From NCBI RefSeq assembly GCF_058153355.1, contig NZ_CM177019.1: a DNA stretch of 64,000 nt. One strand, given 5' to 3'. The notes beneath the pieces are model-generated. The model searched no databases. It had not been told where the DNA came from and was given only the letters and a program-made list of their open reading frames with translations. A program made the translations under genes and the position numbers. Positions 62,699 to 64,000 of this stretch are shown here, piece by piece (position 1 is the first letter of the stretch; each line of letters begins with the position of its first letter).

Positions 62699-63206
62699 GA
62701 TTGTCATCGCGGCATTTTTCTTCTCTGTCTTTGGGGCGCTCGTCTGGTCTGCAAACCATTACCACAGCAAGTATCAGGCAGAAAAGTTGCGGGCTGATAA
62801 AGCGGAAGGTGAAGCTGAATATCAAGGGAAAGTGATAGCTAATCAGGCATTAAACTTCAATCGTTTTAACCAGATAGCAGAAAACGCAAGCCGATTAAAT
62901 TCTCTGGTCGACATCGGTCACGAGAAGACAGTCATCAAATACCGTGAGGTTTTGCTCCGTGAAAAGAACTGTGATTTCCCTGTTCCTGTTGATATTGCTG
63001 TCGGGTTGCTCAACTACGCGAACCGTTTACGCGCCAGCGCATTGCACTCCGATTCCGGGGACATTGACTCAGCCGGTGATCGTGCCACTACCACCAGAAC
63101 GTTGACATATTGCCAGGCTGTTCTGTGGATTAACCCACTGTTGGCAGCCATCGAGAAGGCGAATAACCAGTTGGCTGGTGTCCGACAAATAGAACAGTCC
63201 CGGTAA
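62682..63206 (+). CDS. Rz: Rz-like i-spanin
   Basis: 174-aa ORF with N-terminal TM helix and coiled-coil body, overlapping end of R. Confidence 0.7.
   Translation: MKLTYKIVIAAFFFSVFGALVWSANHYHSKYQAEKLRADKAEGEAEYQGKVIANQALNFNRFNQIAENASRLNSLVDIGHEKTVIKYREVLLREKNCDFPVPVDIAVGLLNYANRLRASALHSDSGDIDSAGDRATTTRTLTYCQAVLWINPLLAAIEKANNQLAGVRQIEQSR
62959..63105 (+). CDS. Rz1: Rz1-like o-spanin lipoprotein embedded in +1 frame of Rz
   Basis: Unlisted 48-codon ORF (GTG start, GAGG SD): KRTVISLFLLILLSGC lipobox then Pro-rich STTRTVYAPAHCTPIPGTLTQPVIVPLPPER. Confidence 0.65.
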   Translation: MKRTVISLFLLILLSGCSTTRTVYAPAHCTPIPGTLTQPVIVPLPPER

Positions 63207-63267
63207 TAGCATTACAGAAGCTCTTCCTGGAGGGGCTTCGATAATGACCTGATAACTGGAAAATAAA

Positions 63268-63840
63268 ATGACTAAGAAGCTGAAAGCAAAACACGAGGTG
63301 TTTTGTCGCGAGTTTCTTGTCGATCTGAATGCTACACAAGCAGCTATTCGCGCAGGCTACGCCTCCAGGCGAGCACATGTTACGGGGGCTGAACTATACG
63401 GTAAACCTGAGATACGCGCCCGTATTAACGAGCTAAAGCAGGAGCGTATTGATCAACTGGGCATTGATGCGAATTATATGCTGATGCGACTGGTTGAGAT
63501 CGACAGGCTCGATGTGGCTGACATCCTGGAGGACGATTTAAGTATTAAGCCTCTGTCTGCGTGGCCGGAATCGTGGCGTCGGTACCTGAGTGGATTTAAC
63601 CTCGCTGAAATGTTTGAGGGGCGAGGAGATGACAGAGAAATGGTCGGGATCCTTAAAAAGATTAAGTGGCCTGATAAGGTTAAAAACCTTGAGTTGCTTG
63701 GGCGTCATGTTTCTGTTCAGGCGTTTAAAGACAACGTCAAAAATGAAGTGACTGGCGCTGATGGAGGACCAGTCAGAACAGAAATTACCAACTTAACGCC
63801 GGAGCAGGCTGCAGAGGCGTATAGAAAAATGATGGGCTAA
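63268..63840 (+). CDS. Terminase small subunit
   Basis: 190-aa [27 protein letters not shown] matches terminase small-subunit N-terminal motif. Confidence 0.75.
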   Translation: MTKKLKAKHEVFCREFLVDLNATQAAIRAGYASRRAHVTGAELYGKPEIRARINELKQERIDQLGIDANYMLMRLVEIDRLDVADILEDDLSIKPLSAWPESWRRYLSGFNLAEMFEGRGDDREMVGILKKIKWPDKVKNLELLGRHVSVQAFKDNVKNEVTGADGGPVRTEITNLTPEQAAEAYRKMMG

Positions 63841-63842
63841 GT

Positions 63843-64000
63843 ATGCCGTTACCATTCCCCTTCGATTTTAAACATCCTGATTACCAGATGGTTTTTGAAT
63901 GGCGGATGGAACGCCTACAGCGCATTCGCCAGAATCCTGAAATATTGCCTGCACTAAAACAGTTTTACCGTACCAACCCGGCTCAGTTCATTATCGACTG
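63843..64000 (+). CDS. Terminase large subunit, N-terminal fragment (continues beyond window)
   Basis: ATG at 63843 right after small subunit; open to window end. Confidence 0.55.
   Translation, partial: MPLPFPFDFKHPDYQMVFEWRMERLQRIRQNPEILPALKQFYRTNPAQFIID

Overview
Escherichia coli-type chromosomal segment. Roughly 1-43.2 kb is conserved core genome in the order yfiR'(partial)-yfiL-aroF-tyrA-pheA/pheL-raiA-[IS4 remnant]-bamD-rluD-yfiH-clpB-rrnG-type rRNA operon (16S, tRNA-Glu, 23S, 5S)-kgtP-yfiM-pssA-patZ-yfiP-trxC-yfiF-ung-grcA-eamB-yfiE-srmB-yfiC-nadB-rpoE-rseABC-lepA-lepB-rnc-era-recO-pdxJ-acpS-shoB-yfhL. From about 43.2 kb to the window end is an integrated prophage running off the window: integrase, AlpA, a leftward early operon carrying its own replication module (SNF2-like helicase, VRR-NUC, family-A DNA polymerase, DUF2815-like, DUF2800-like nuclease), CI/Cro immunity region, PrimPol-helicase with an adjacent iteron origin, Q antiterminator, holin-endolysin-Rz/Rz1 lysis cassette and terminase. 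The most unusual observations are (1) an intein in motif B of the phage DNA polymerase whose interior carries a 250-codon HNH-like ORF in a different reading frame, (2) an (AGAAACAT)x3 tandem repeat that frameshifts the DUF2800-like nuclease gene, (3) a second regulatory locus with two paralogous Arc-like RHH genes converging and overlapping, (4) an internally deleted IS4 copy with an intact 13-bp target duplication, and (5) an in-frame amber codon in yfiM. All product calls rest on reading the translations and recalled family signatures; no database search or computation was run, so names of less conserved phage proteins are provisional.
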